64,000 nucleotides of DNA from NCBI GenBank assembly GCA_022486585.1, contig JAKVKI010000004.1, positions 21,496 to 85,495 on the forward strand, read 5' to 3'. The translations under genes were made by a program, and so were the position numbers. Source of the stretch: Megasphaera sp. GTDB taxonomy: Bacteria; Bacillota; Negativicutes; Veillonellales; Megasphaeraceae. Positions 9,642-19,221 of this stretch are shown here, piece by piece; position 1 is the first letter of the stretch; each line of letters opens with the position of its first letter. The notes beneath the pieces were generated by a model. That model was not told the origin of the DNA. It saw only the letters and a list, made by a program, of their open reading frames with translations, and did not search any database.

Positions 9642-10136
9642 ATGAACGAATTTACGCATATAGATGATAAAGGCAACGCTGTCATGGTCGATGTGGGCGG
9701 CAAAGCCGTGACGCATCGTGTCGCTGTCGCTACTGGACGTATTACGATGAGCCGTACCTGTTATGATGCCGTGAAAGCGGGGGCGATGAAGAAAGGCGAT
9801 GTCTTAGGCGTAGCTCGCATTGGCGGTATCATGGGGGCGAAACAGACGAGCAGCCTCATACCGTTATGCCATATCCTGAATCTGACGAAATGCGGTGTCG
9901 AGTTTATTTTCCATGATGAAGACTGTGCTCTTGAGGGTATCTGTACGGTTCAATGCGAGGGCCGGACCGGTGTGGAAATGGAGGCGCTTACAGGCGTATC
10001 TCTTGCACTTCTTACGGTATATGACATGTGTAAAGCTGTAGATAAGGCGATGGTCATTTCGGCGGTTCATTTAGTAGAAAAAATCGGCGGCAAAAGCGGT
10101 CATTTTATGTTCCCTAAGGATGGTGACGGCATATGA
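9642..10136 (+). CDS. moaC: Cyclic pyranopterin monophosphate synthase MoaC
   Basis: FTHID...MVDV, KKGDVL, LIPLCH, TGVEMEAL, YDMCKAVD. Confidence 0.96.
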   Translation: MNEFTHIDDKGNAVMVDVGGKAVTHRVAVATGRITMSRTCYDAVKAGAMKKGDVLGVARIGGIMGAKQTSSLIPLCHILNLTKCGVEFIFHDEDCALEGICTVQCEGRTGVEMEALTGVSLALLTVYDMCKAVDKAMVISAVHLVEKIGGKSGHFMFPKDGDGI

Positions 10137-11098
10137 AAGATGCTTTTGGCAGGACAATCGATTATTTGCGTGTGTCTATTACGGATCGCTGTAATTATCG
10201 TTGTGGCTATTGTATGCCCAAAGACGTGCCTGACGTAGGGCATGCTGCAGTGCTGCGGTATGAGGAATTGCTGGAAATATGCCGGTCTGCTGTAACCTGT
10301 GGCATTGTAAAATTTAAAGTGACTGGCGGTGAACCTTTTGTCCGCAAGGGGGCTGCTGCTTTTATAGCGGCCTTGAAAGGGCTGACTGGTGTCCAGTCGG
10401 TCACGGTGACGACGAACGGCTATTTTTTGGAGGATAACCTGCCAGCGTTGACAGAGGCCGGTGTTCAGGGCATTAATATCAGTTTAGATACGATGGAACG
10501 GGACGCGTATCAGCATATTACTGGCGTCGATGGCCTGCATCGCGTCATGCAGGGCGTAGCAGCTGCTGTTGACAGCGGCATCCCTGTAAAGCTAAACGTC
10601 GTCTTGTTGAACCAGCCGATAGAACAGCTTGCGGCGATTGCCTTATTGGCACAAAAGGCGCCTGTGGATGTACGTTTTATCGAGGTCATGCCTATTGGAT
10701 ATGGTAAAGGACAGGCAGGGCCATCACAGGAAGCGGTGCTGACACAACTGCAGTCGTATCTTCCGGACTTGCAGCTTGTACAGGAACAACGGGGCAATGG
10801 TCCGGCCGTATATTATAAGAGCGGCAGCCTGGAGGGCCGTATCGGGTTCATTGCAGCGAATACGCACCCGTTCTGTAAGACCTGCAACCGTATGCGACTG
10901 ACTAGTACAGGGCTGTTGAAGCCTTGTCTGTGTTATGAAGACGGCATTGATTTGAAGCGGAGTCTGCGCAGTGGTGTTGCAGAGACGGAGCTGCAGCAGG
11001 AAATTGCCAAGGCCATTGCCATGAAACCCAAAGGCCATTGTTTTTCTGAACCGGCTAATATAACGGAACATAAAGGAATGAATCAAATCGGAGGTTGA
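10133..11098 (+). CDS. moaA: GTP 3',8-cyclase MoaA
   Basis: YLRVSITDRCNYRCGYC, FCKTCNRMR, KPCL, C-terminal GG. Confidence 0.96.
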   Translation: MKDAFGRTIDYLRVSITDRCNYRCGYCMPKDVPDVGHAAVLRYEELLEICRSAVTCGIVKFKVTGGEPFVRKGAAAFIAALKGLTGVQSVTVTTNGYFLEDNLPALTEAGVQGINISLDTMERDAYQHITGVDGLHRVMQGVAAAVDSGIPVKLNVVLLNQPIEQLAAIALLAQKAPVDVRFIEVMPIGYGKGQAGPSQEAVLTQLQSYLPDLQLVQEQRGNGPAVYYKSGSLEGRIGFIAANTHPFCKTCNRMRLTSTGLLKPCLCYEDGIDLKRSLRSGVAETELQQEIAKAIAMKPKGHCFSEPANITEHKGMNQIGG

Positions 11099-11099
11099 T

Positions 11100-12035
11100 A
11101 TGGGGAAAATAGAAGCGATTTGCAAGAGTACTGTCCGCGGTGTCCAAAAGCGACCTGTCGCAGAAGGAACCTTTGTCGTCGATTGGGGACTTGAAGGCGA
11201 TGCGCATGGCGGTCATTGGCACCGCCAGGTCAGCCTGTTGTCACGGGAGCGTATCGAAGCTTTCCGGCAGAAAGGTGCTGACGTAGCGTATGGTGATTTC
11301 GGTGAAAATCTTGTCGTATCAGGCTTTGATTTTGCGACCCTGCCTGTAGGCACCTTGCTGCGCTGTGGTACAGTCGTATTGGAAATGACACAAATCGGCA
11401 AGGAATGTCATAGTCATTGTGCTATTTATCAGGCTGTAGGCGATTGCATCATGCCGCGGGAAGGTGTTTTTGCCCGAGTCCTCCAGGGCGGAGTCATTCA
11501 TCCCGGTGATGAGATGGAACGAGTCGAGCGGCAGGGCAAACGGCCCTATCAGGCAGCGGTCATTACCCTGTCCGATAAAGGCAGCCAGGGACTGCGCTGT
11601 GATGAGAGCGGGCCTGTCATTACACGACGCCTTGAGGAACAGGGATATGAAGTAGTGGAAGCGCTGTTATTACCTGATGGGGAACAGCCGCTCTGCAAAG
11701 AATTGTGCCGTTTGGCAGATCAGCGGCAAGTGGATTTGATCCTTACGACGGGCGGTACGGGCTTCGGGCCGCGGGATGTGACGCCGGAAGCGACACTGGC
11801 AGTAGCCACGAGGCAGATGCCGGGCATAGGCGAAGCTATCCGGGCCGCTTCTATGGCTATTACTGAACGGGCTATGTTATCCCGGGCTGCGAGTGTCATT
11901 AGAGGGAAAACACTTATTATCAATCTTCCAGGAAGCCCTAAAGCTTGCAGTGAATGTATGGACGTATTCATGCATACGATCCCGCACGGTCTGGATTTAT
12001 TGCGAGGCCAGGCAGGGGAGTGTGCTCGTACGTAG
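11100..12035 (+). CDS. MOSC-domain / MogA (molybdopterin adenylyltransferase) fusion
   Basis: N-terminal GLEGDAH, RQVSLL, FGEN, QIGKECHSHC, CIMPREG (MOSC); C-terminal TTGGTGFGPRDVTPEAT and NLPGSP (MogA/MoaB). Confidence 0.88.
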   Translation: MGKIEAICKSTVRGVQKRPVAEGTFVVDWGLEGDAHGGHWHRQVSLLSRERIEAFRQKGADVAYGDFGENLVVSGFDFATLPVGTLLRCGTVVLEMTQIGKECHSHCAIYQAVGDCIMPREGVFARVLQGGVIHPGDEMERVERQGKRPYQAAVITLSDKGSQGLRCDESGPVITRRLEEQGYEVVEALLLPDGEQPLCKELCRLADQRQVDLILTTGGTGFGPRDVTPEATLAVATRQMPGIGEAIRAASMAITERAMLSRAASVIRGKTLIINLPGSPKACSECMDVFMHTIPHGLDLLRGQAGECART

Positions 12036-12078
12036 AGCAATAGAAAAAATAATGGAGTATATGTGACAACGAAAGGAA

Positions 12079-12933
12079 ATGATGACAATGAAATGGAAAA
12101 AATGGCTTAGTTTAGCAATCGTATCTGTCTTTGCACTCGGGCTGATGGGCTGTGGCAGTGAAAAGCAAGAGTCGAAACCAGCGGCAGGCGGTGACAAGGT
12201 GCACTTGACGGTATTTGCAGCAGCCAGTATGACGGAAACGATGAATCAAATTGCCGAACAGTATCAAAAAGATCATCCCAATGTGGAAATTACGTACAAT
12301 TTTGATTCGTCAGGGACCTTGAAAAAACAGATCCAAAACGGTGCTGAATGTGATATTTTCATTTCAGCAGCGCAGAAACAGATGAATCAGCTTGATGGTG
12401 CTAAGGATGAAAAGGCCAATCCGGATAAGCTCGATTTTGTACAGCCAGGGACACGGCACAATCTTTTAGAAAATAAAGTGGTGCTGGTTACGCCAGAAGG
12501 CAACGGAAAAAACATTCAGGATTTCAAGGATATGGCCGCTAAATTAGGAGCTGGATCTATTCGGTTAGTCATGGGGAACAGCGATGTTCCCGTAGGGCAG
12601 TATACGGAAAAAATCTTGAAGTTCTTTAACCTTGATGAAAAAGCTATTGCCGACAGCGGTAATATCACGTATGGATCTAATGTAAAAGAAGTGACGACGC
12701 AGGTCCTCGAAGGCAGTGCTGATTGTGGTATCGTTTATGCGACAGATGCGTACAGTGCTAAACTGAAACCAGTGGATCAGGCGACGAAAGACATGTGTGG
12801 CCAGGTCATTTACCCGGCAGCAGTTATGAAGTCCAGCAAAAACCAGGAAGCAGCAAAGGATTTCTTACAGTACTTACAAGGCGACGCAGCGATGAAAATC
12901 TTTGAAAGCGTCGGCTTTAGTCCGGCTAACTAG
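12079..12933 (+). CDS. modA: Molybdate ABC transporter substrate-binding lipoprotein
   Basis: Lipobox LMGC, FAAASMT, FDSSGTL, DVPVGQY, IVYATDA; start may be at 12088. Confidence 0.93.
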   Translation: MMTMKWKKWLSLAIVSVFALGLMGCGSEKQESKPAAGGDKVHLTVFAAASMTETMNQIAEQYQKDHPNVEITYNFDSSGTLKKQIQNGAECDIFISAAQKQMNQLDGAKDEKANPDKLDFVQPGTRHNLLENKVVLVTPEGNGKNIQDFKDMAAKLGAGSIRLVMGNSDVPVGQYTEKILKFFNLDEKAIADSGNITYGSNVKEVTTQVLEGSADCGIVYATDAYSAKLKPVDQATKDMCGQVIYPAAVMKSSKNQEAAKDFLQYLQGDAAMKIFESVGFSPAN

Positions 12934-12938
12934 CGTTC

Positions 12939-13610
12939 ATGGATTGGTATCCTCTTTGGAACAGCCTGCGCATTGCAGCTATTTCCTGTGTCATCGTATT
13001 TTTTAGCGGTATTTGCATGGCCTATTACGTAGCTAAGATGCCCCGCTTGGCTAAGGGCGTCTTAGACGTCGTATTGACTTTGCCCCTGGTATTGCCGCCA
13101 ACTGTATGCGGCTGGCTCTTGCTCCTTGTTTTCGGTTTGAAGCATCCTGTAGGCATGTTCCTTCATGATGCAGGTATCCAGTTTGTCATGACCTGGTATG
13201 GCGGCGTCCTCGCGTCAGCAGTCGTGGCCTTCCCGTTGATGTACCGCACGGCTCGCGGCGCTTTTGAAAGCTTCGATGAGACCTTAGCCTGGAGCGGCAA
13301 GACCTTAGGACTATCGGATACGTATATTTTTTGGCGTATCCGCATGCCCTATTGCAAGCAGGGAATTATTGCCGGTACTGTACTGGCTTTTGCCAGAGCA
13401 CTTGGCGAATATGGTGCGACGTCTATGCTTATTGGCTACATCCCCAAGAATACGGCAACGATTTCTACGACGGTATACCAGCTGTGGCGGACGAATGACG
13501 AATACAGTGCATTCATTTGGGTGCTTGTGAATATTGTTATCAGTGCTGTCGTCCTCTTGACCGTGAATATGCTGGAAAAGAAGAGCCGTGCAAGGAGGGC
13601 CTGGTCATGA
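12939..13610 (+). CDS. modB: Molybdate ABC transporter permease
   Basis: LPLVLPPTV and FARALGEYGAT motifs. Confidence 0.94.
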   Translation: MDWYPLWNSLRIAAISCVIVFFSGICMAYYVAKMPRLAKGVLDVVLTLPLVLPPTVCGWLLLLVFGLKHPVGMFLHDAGIQFVMTWYGGVLASAVVAFPLMYRTARGAFESFDETLAWSGKTLGLSDTYIFWRIRMPYCKQGIIAGTVLAFARALGEYGATSMLIGYIPKNTATISTTVYQLWRTNDEYSAFIWVLVNIVISAVVLLTVNMLEKKSRARRAWS

Positions 13611-14650
13611 GTCTTTACGTAGATGTGCAGAAACGGCTCGGCGAATTTCACTTGCAGGTCATGTTTGAAAACCACGGTGGTATACTGGGGCTTTTAGGAG
13701 CGTCCGGTTGTGGCAAGAGTAAGACCTTGCAGTGTATTACTGGTATTGAAAAACCGGATCAGGGCCGTGTCATCGTCGATGGGCGCACCTTTTTCGATAG
13801 CGAGAAACAGATCAACATTCCTGTACAGCAGCGGCGGGTGGGCTATTTGTTCCAGAACTATGCTTTGTTTCCTAACATGACAGTTGCTGAAAATATTGCC
13901 TGCGGTGTCCGCAACGGTCCTGACCGAAGGGAGCGGCAGCAATGTGTGTCTGCCATGATCGAACGGATGCGCCTTACAGGACTGGAAGGCCAGAAGCCGT
14001 CGCAACTTTCCGGCGGCCAGCAGCAGCGTGTTGCTTTAGGACGCATCCTTGTCAATGAGCCTGATATTCTTTTGCTGGATGAACCGTTCAGTGCGTTGGA
14101 CAGTTACATAAAGGAACAAGTGATGACGGAACTCAGTGAGATATTGGCTGCCTTCGGCAAAGATGTCATTATTGTTACGCACAGTCGTGATGAAGCCTAT
14201 CAGCTCTGTCAGACGATTGCCATCCTTGATAAAGGCGAACTGGATGCCATAGGACCGACGCGGGAGATGTTTGCTGATCCCGGTACTCGTGCTGCAGCCA
14301 TCCTGACGGGTTGCAAGAATGTTGTAGCCGCCTATAAGGCCGGCCCCGGTCAAGTTTACATTCCTGACTGGGGCGTTACCTTGCATACGGGCTGTGAGGT
14401 CAGGGACGATCTGACGGCTATAGGTATCCGTGGCCATGATTTTCATGGGCACGGGACAGATAATGTCCATGCCATTACGATCGTAGAAGAAATAGAACAA
14501 CCTTTTGAATGGATCATCAAATTTCGCTATACGACACAGGCGCCGGATACCATGCCGATTTGGTGGCGATTCGCCAAACCGGACCGGCCGTTGACTTTGC
14601 CGGATAAACTGGGTGTGGCGCCTCGTGATATTTTGCTCTTATATCGGTGA
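13607..14650 (+). CDS. modC: Molybdate ABC transporter ATP-binding protein
   Basis: GASGCGKS, LSGGQQQR, LLLDEPFSALD; ATGA overlap with modB. Confidence 0.9.
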   Translation: MSLYVDVQKRLGEFHLQVMFENHGGILGLLGASGCGKSKTLQCITGIEKPDQGRVIVDGRTFFDSEKQINIPVQQRRVGYLFQNYALFPNMTVAENIACGVRNGPDRRERQQCVSAMIERMRLTGLEGQKPSQLSGGQQQRVALGRILVNEPDILLLDEPFSALDSYIKEQVMTELSEILAAFGKDVIIVTHSRDEAYQLCQTIAILDKGELDAIGPTREMFADPGTRAAAILTGCKNVVAAYKAGPGQVYIPDWGVTLHTGCEVRDDLTAIGIRGHDFHGHGTDNVHAITIVEEIEQPFEWIIKFRYTTQAPDTMPIWWRFAKPDRPLTLPDKLGVAPRDILLLYR

Positions 14651-14694
14651 TAGTATGGATACTGATTTTGTGTATATGAGAAGGAAGAACTACA

Positions 14695-15759
14695 ATGGAT
14701 GAAGTGTTTACACGATTACAACAGGAAATAGAACAGCATCGGTCAGCTGTCTTGCTGAGCATTATTTCCAGTAAAGGCTCTGCACCGCGGCATGAAGGGA
14801 CACATCAGCTGATTTTGTCCGATGGTCATACTGTCGGTACCATTGGCGGTGGCTTCCAGGAATTTAAAGCTTGTGAACAAGGCCGGCGCTGCCTGGCTGG
14901 CAGAAATTCGTCCGTAGTGAAGCTGAAGCTCCATGCTGATACTGATGGAGATATAGGAGCTGTCTGCGGTGGTGAACTGACGGTGCTTTGTCAATATATA
15001 CCGGCAGGGATGCCTTACGCGGCTGCGTGTCTGGAACGAATCAAGGAAGCGGCGCAAACGCATAGCCGCTGCTGGCTGGTTTTAGCTATGCCTGCCAGTG
15101 GCGTGTGGTCCATGGCTGTCGTGAGCCATGATATCGTGACGTGTGGCGCTCCTTCAGCAGTATTGCAGCATATGACAGGGCAGGAAGAGTGGCTTGGCAG
15201 ATCCTGTAAAATGCTGGAAATGGCCGGAAGTACCGTGTATTGTGAGCCTTTATCTTCGCCAGGCCGCGTGTTTGTCTTTGGCGGCGGTCATGTGGCACAT
15301 GCGCTTGTGCCGGTTTTGCTGAATCTGGCTTTTTCCTGTGTCGTCATCGATGACCGGGCTGAGTTCGCCAACGCAGCTCGATTTCCCGGTGCAGAGACGA
15401 TCATTGCTGAGTATACGGCTTTGCCGGATACGGTGCACATCACGTCAGATGACTATGTTTGCATCATGACCCGGGGGCACGGGGCTGACTATGAAGTACA
15501 GCGGCAGGTTATGCCATATCATCCGGCGTATGTCGGCGTTATTGGAAGTAAAGGGAAACTGGCTTTTGTCAAGGAAAAATTGCTGGCAGCAGGGATAACT
15601 CCTGCAGAAATAGATCGTTGTTATGCGCCGATCGGCCTGCCTATTTCAGCGGCGACGCCTGAGGAAATCGCTGTCAGTATTGCAGCTGAACTCATTGCTG
15701 TACGGGCTCGCCGGGAAGGGCGGGAAAAGGCGAATACAGCACAATGGCTGAAACGATGA
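14695..15759 (+). CDS. xdhC: XdhC/CoxI-family xanthine dehydrogenase maturation protein
   Basis: GSAPR, GTIGGG, VCGG, FGGGHV, MTRGH, YVGVIGS, APIGL...TPEEIAVSI. Confidence 0.88.
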   Translation: MDEVFTRLQQEIEQHRSAVLLSIISSKGSAPRHEGTHQLILSDGHTVGTIGGGFQEFKACEQGRRCLAGRNSSVVKLKLHADTDGDIGAVCGGELTVLCQYIPAGMPYAAACLERIKEAAQTHSRCWLVLAMPASGVWSMAVVSHDIVTCGAPSAVLQHMTGQEEWLGRSCKMLEMAGSTVYCEPLSSPGRVFVFGGGHVAHALVPVLLNLAFSCVVIDDRAEFANAARFPGAETIIAEYTALPDTVHITSDDYVCIMTRGHGADYEVQRQVMPYHPAYVGVIGSKGKLAFVKEKLLAAGITPAEIDRCYAPIGLPISAATPEEIAVSIAAELIAVRARREGREKANTAQWLKR

Positions 15760-16496
15760 GGACGGTCGTATATCGTCCTGGCAGGTGTCAGACGGCGGAA
15801 TCGATAGGGCAAGCGGTGATGACGCAGATGGCGGCACTGGGCATACAGGCAGCGCCACTGGTCCTTACGTTCGTCGGTGCCGGCGGTAAGACGACGCTGC
15901 TCTATGCCTTGGCACAGGAACTGGCTGGACAGGGGAAGACGGTCCTCGTTGTAACGACGACGCACCTGTATGAGCCGGCGCACTACGGTGTGTTTTGTGC
16001 TGATGCGGACATACTTGCAGCAGCCCTGCAGAAAAACAAGCTGGTCATAGCCGGGTGTCGCAATGGGAAAGGGAAGATAACCTTTATTGGCCAAGAGGTA
16101 TATCGCCGTATATGTCCGTATGCTGATGTCGTCCTCGTAGAAGGGGATGGCGCTAAACGGCATCCCTTCAAGATTTGTAATGCAACAGAACCAGTCATAC
16201 CGGATAATACGAATTTGGTGTTTGCAGTAGCAGGACTGACAGCGCTAGGCCGGCCGGTCGGAGAGGTTTGTTTTCGATATGAATTAGCAGGCATGGCAGC
16301 GCAGACGATCCTGACGGCAGAACGGGCGGCTGGGTTATGGGCGCAGTATTATTTGCAGCCCTTATGCCAGCAGGGATATGCGGTGCTGCCTGTTTTACAT
16401 CAGGCCGATACAGACGCACGCCGACAGGAGGGAATCCGTCTATTTGCTAGTCTGGGTATATCGTACGGGCTGGTGACGACAAGGCTGGAATCGTAA
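15756..16496 (+). CDS. yqeC: Selenium cofactor biosynthesis protein YqeC
   Basis: FVGAGGKTT, VTTTTH, LVEGDGAK.HPFK, EPVIP; ATGA overlap with xdhC. Confidence 0.85.
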   Translation: MRTVVYRPGRCQTAESIGQAVMTQMAALGIQAAPLVLTFVGAGGKTTLLYALAQELAGQGKTVLVVTTTHLYEPAHYGVFCADADILAAALQKNKLVIAGCRNGKGKITFIGQEVYRRICPYADVVLVEGDGAKRHPFKICNATEPVIPDNTNLVFAVAGLTALGRPVGEVCFRYELAGMAAQTILTAERAAGLWAQYYLQPLCQQGYAVLPVLHQADTDARRQEGIRLFASLGISYGLVTTRLES

Positions 16497-16520
16497 CTGA
16501 TGAGGAAGGGGGCGAGGCGT

Positions 16521-17141
16521 ATGGATATAGGGCTTGTTTACATGGCGTCGGGACAATCCAGGCGTTTTGGCAGCAATAAGCTGCTGGCGTCTTTAGGGGA
16601 CCGGCCGCTGTATCAATATGGATTCAACGCATTGCAACAGGCAGCGCAGCTAGTCCTTCCGCAGGGAATCCGGTGCACCCTTGTCGTCGTCAGTCCGTAT
16701 CCGGTCATTCGCAACTGGTGCAGTAATGCCGGTGCTGTCGTATATGATAATCCGCAAGCAGCCGAAGGTATGGCCGCATCTATTCGGAAGGGGACAGCAC
16801 AGTGTATGGGCATGCAGGCCCTGGCCTTTTTTACAGCGGATCAGCCTTTGCTGCAGGGCGAAACGATCGCCGCATTTCTCAAGGGCTTTGTTGCCAGTGA
16901 AAAACAGATAGGAGCTATGACCCGGGCAGGACGCTTAGGAAATCCGGCTGTTTTTACAATACGCTATGCGGAAGAATTGCAGGCCCTGCAGGGGGATCGA
17001 GGCGGCCGGTCCTTGTTGCAGGCACATGCACAGGACGTATGGTGTTTTGCCGTTGCGGCAGAACAGCTGCTCGATGTGGATACAGCTGCCGATCTAGCCA
17101 GTATAGAACAGGTCATTTCTCAGGGACAGCATACGAAATAG
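16521..17141 (+). CDS. mocA: Molybdenum cofactor cytidylyltransferase-like nucleotidyltransferase (MocA/YgfJ)
   Basis: MASGQSRRFGSNKLL, GMAASI, ADQP, GNPAVF, GDRGGR, DVDT. Confidence 0.78.
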   Translation: MDIGLVYMASGQSRRFGSNKLLASLGDRPLYQYGFNALQQAAQLVLPQGIRCTLVVVSPYPVIRNWCSNAGAVVYDNPQAAEGMAASIRKGTAQCMGMQALAFFTADQPLLQGETIAAFLKGFVASEKQIGAMTRAGRLGNPAVFTIRYAEELQALQGDRGGRSLLQAHAQDVWCFAVAAEQLLDVDTAADLASIEQVISQGQHTK

Positions 17142-17234
17142 AACCAAATTTTAAATATAGTGAACGATTTTCATGATTTATTTAATATAATGATATATTA
17201 AAATATAAAATTTAAATAAATACGGCGAAAACTA

Positions 17235-17263
17235 TTTACAACATTAAAATCAGAAAGTATAAT
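17235..17263 (+). promoter_or_regulatory. Sigma-A-type promoter with no downstream CDS
   Basis: TTTACA-17 bp-TATAAT preceded by an AT-rich tract. Confidence 0.65.
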
Positions 17264-17269
17264 AAGTAT

Positions 17270-17396
17270 CAAGTTAAACAACGTGTTTAACTTACTGCAT
17301 CGAAAAAGGAATGCAGTGTTATACATCTCACTTGCTTTCCAACCAATTACTCATATACAGTAAAAGCCCTGCTGCTTCCCCGCGGCAGGGCTTTTG
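17270..17396 (+). ncRNA. Candidate small RNA of about 125 nt
   Basis: Promoter, two tandem perfect hairpins (17271-17293, 17294-17317), a pyrimidine-rich linker and a terminator. Confidence 0.5.
17362..17395. terminator. Bidirectional terminator (candidate sRNA / DMT gene)
   Basis: AAAAGCCCTGCTGC-TTCCCC-GCGGCAGGGCTTTT. Confidence 0.85.
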
Positions 17397-17413
17397 CTGT
17401 ATATGATAGGGTA

Positions 17414-18304
17414 TTACTTGGAAATTGTTTCATGGTTGAGAAATTTAAAGGGCGATTTTTGTAAAACAATGAGAAGGATACCTGCCAAAATGAGTACCAT
17501 TCCTAAGGCTGTGTTCCAATGCATGTCTTCGCCGAGAAAAAGGATACCGCTCAAAACACCGACGACAGGAACGCCGAGGACGGCAATAGACGCTTTACCG
17601 GCTTCCATGCGGGTCAAAATGAAATTCCATAAGAAGAAGGCCAGTGCTGATGCCAGTATACCGTTATAGGCCAGGCAGATAATGGAGGTCGTATTCCAGG
17701 TGACAGGACCCTGATCGATACACGCGGTGAAGGCGAACAGGAATAAAGCGCCTATGACCATTTGCCATGTCGTATACTGGAGCATTGTGCAGTCCTTTTC
17801 TTTCATAGTCATATCCTGATACTTGATGATGACACCGGCGACGGCCCAGGCAATAGAAGCGCTAATACATAATAGAATGCCATACAGACTGCCTGTGGTA
17901 TCTATATTCATGAGGACACACAGACCGGTCATTGCAATGAGGATACCGCAGATCTTTCGCTTTGTCAGGCGTTCGTGAAGGAAAAAATGGGCGAGTATAG
18001 CGACCCACATCGGCATGCTGTAATTCAGTACAGCGACCAGACCGGCACTGAGTGTATCCATGCTCATTTGCAGAATCGTATTGTTTAAAGAGATTTGCAG
18101 GATCCCTGTAATAACGATCCATTTCCAGTACCGTCGCGGCGGCAGAGGCAGGCGCAGCCAAAGATTGAATAATAGCAATACGACGGCTCCTGATAAAAAA
18201 CGGTAGCATGAAAATGTGACCGGTGGAAAATAGAAACTGGCTATTTTCATGACGACCCAGTTGAAGCCCCACGTGGCATATAATAGCAAGAGTGCTTTGA
18301 TCAT
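17414..18304 (-). CDS. DMT/EamA-family transporter
   Basis: About 10 hydrophobic segments in two EamA repeats (WGFNWV...FLHERL; ...FLGE); purine-rich SD before ATG 18304. Confidence 0.88.
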   Translation of the reverse strand: MIKALLLLYATWGFNWVVMKIASFYFPPVTFSCYRFLSGAVVLLLFNLWLRLPLPPRRYWKWIVITGILQISLNNTILQMSMDTLSAGLVAVLNYSMPMWVAILAHFFLHERLTKRKICGILIAMTGLCVLMNIDTTGSLYGILLCISASIAWAVAGVIIKYQDMTMKEKDCTMLQYTTWQMVIGALFLFAFTACIDQGPVTWNTTSIICLAYNGILASALAFFLWNFILTRMEAGKASIAVLGVPVVGVLSGILFLGEDMHWNTALGMVLILAGILLIVLQKSPFKFLNHETISK

Positions 18305-18527
18305 AACAGATATCCCCCTTCTCCTTGCAAGCAAGTGGACTCGCAGGGACAGACAATCACAGGATTGTTCGTAACGTAACCTATATTATATAGGATGACA
18401 GGCTATGTTTCCAGTAGTCGCACCGGAAAAACAGGGCGTTTTTTTGACTTTTTAAAGGAAAAGAAAGTCCATGGATGTGGTATAATAAGGCATATCGTTT
18501 ATTTTATGTGCTATAAAGGAGAATGTT

Positions 18528-19220
18528 ATGAAATGCGTTGTCTTGCTTAGTGGCGGCGTCGATTCTACGACGTGTCTGGCCATAGCAGTGGAAAAATACA
18601 GCTGTCATGACGTATTGGCCCTAACGGCTTATTACGGGCAAAAACATGCGAAGGAATTGGAAGCGGCCAGAAAGGTGGCGGCGTATTATGGCGTGAGTCA
18701 CAGGGAAGCGAACCTGTCCCAGGCATTTTCTCTCAGCGATTGTCCCCTGCTGCAAGGGAGCAGCCGCCATATCCAGCATGAATCCTATGCCAGCCAGCTA
18801 GAGGAATTGGGTGGAGAAGGAACGCTGGATACTTACGTGCCTTTCCGCAACGGACTTTTTTTATCGTATGCTGCTGCCGTAGCGATCAGTGTGGGCGCCC
18901 AAGTCATTTACTATGGTGCACATGCTGATGATGCGGCAGGCCGGGCCTATCCGGATTGTACGCCTGAATTTGAAACAGCAATGAATACAGCTATTTATGA
19001 AGGCTCAGGTCATACGTGCCGATTAGAAGCTCCGCTGTTACGCTGGAATAAAGCCGGTGTCGTCAAAGAAGGACTGCGTCTCCATGCGCCGTATGAACTT
19101 ACATGGAGCTGTTATGAAGGGGGAGATACGCCGTGTGGTACTTGCGGGACGTGTATCGACAGGGCCAAAGCGTTTGCCGCTAACGGCGTCAAAGACCCAG
19201 CATTGAAAGGGGACGCTTAG
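18528..19220 (+). CDS. queC: 7-cyano-7-deazaguanine synthase
   Basis: LLSGGVDSTT, YGQKH, TYVPFRN, YPDC, TWSCY...CGTCGTC. Confidence 0.95.
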   Translation: MKCVVLLSGGVDSTTCLAIAVEKYSCHDVLALTAYYGQKHAKELEAARKVAAYYGVSHREANLSQAFSLSDCPLLQGSSRHIQHESYASQLEELGGEGTLDTYVPFRNGLFLSYAAAVAISVGAQVIYYGAHADDAAGRAYPDCTPEFETAMNTAIYEGSGHTCRLEAPLLRWNKAGVVKEGLRLHAPYELTWSCYEGGDTPCGTCGTCIDRAKAFAANGVKDPALKGDA

Positions 19221-19221
19221 G

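Noticed and set aside
18487-19220. preQ1 riboswitch, or a defence-type QueC (QatC or 7-deazaguanine DNA modification)
   Set aside because: Leader is short with no preQ1 pattern; the protein looks like canonical QueC and has no dpd or qat neighbours
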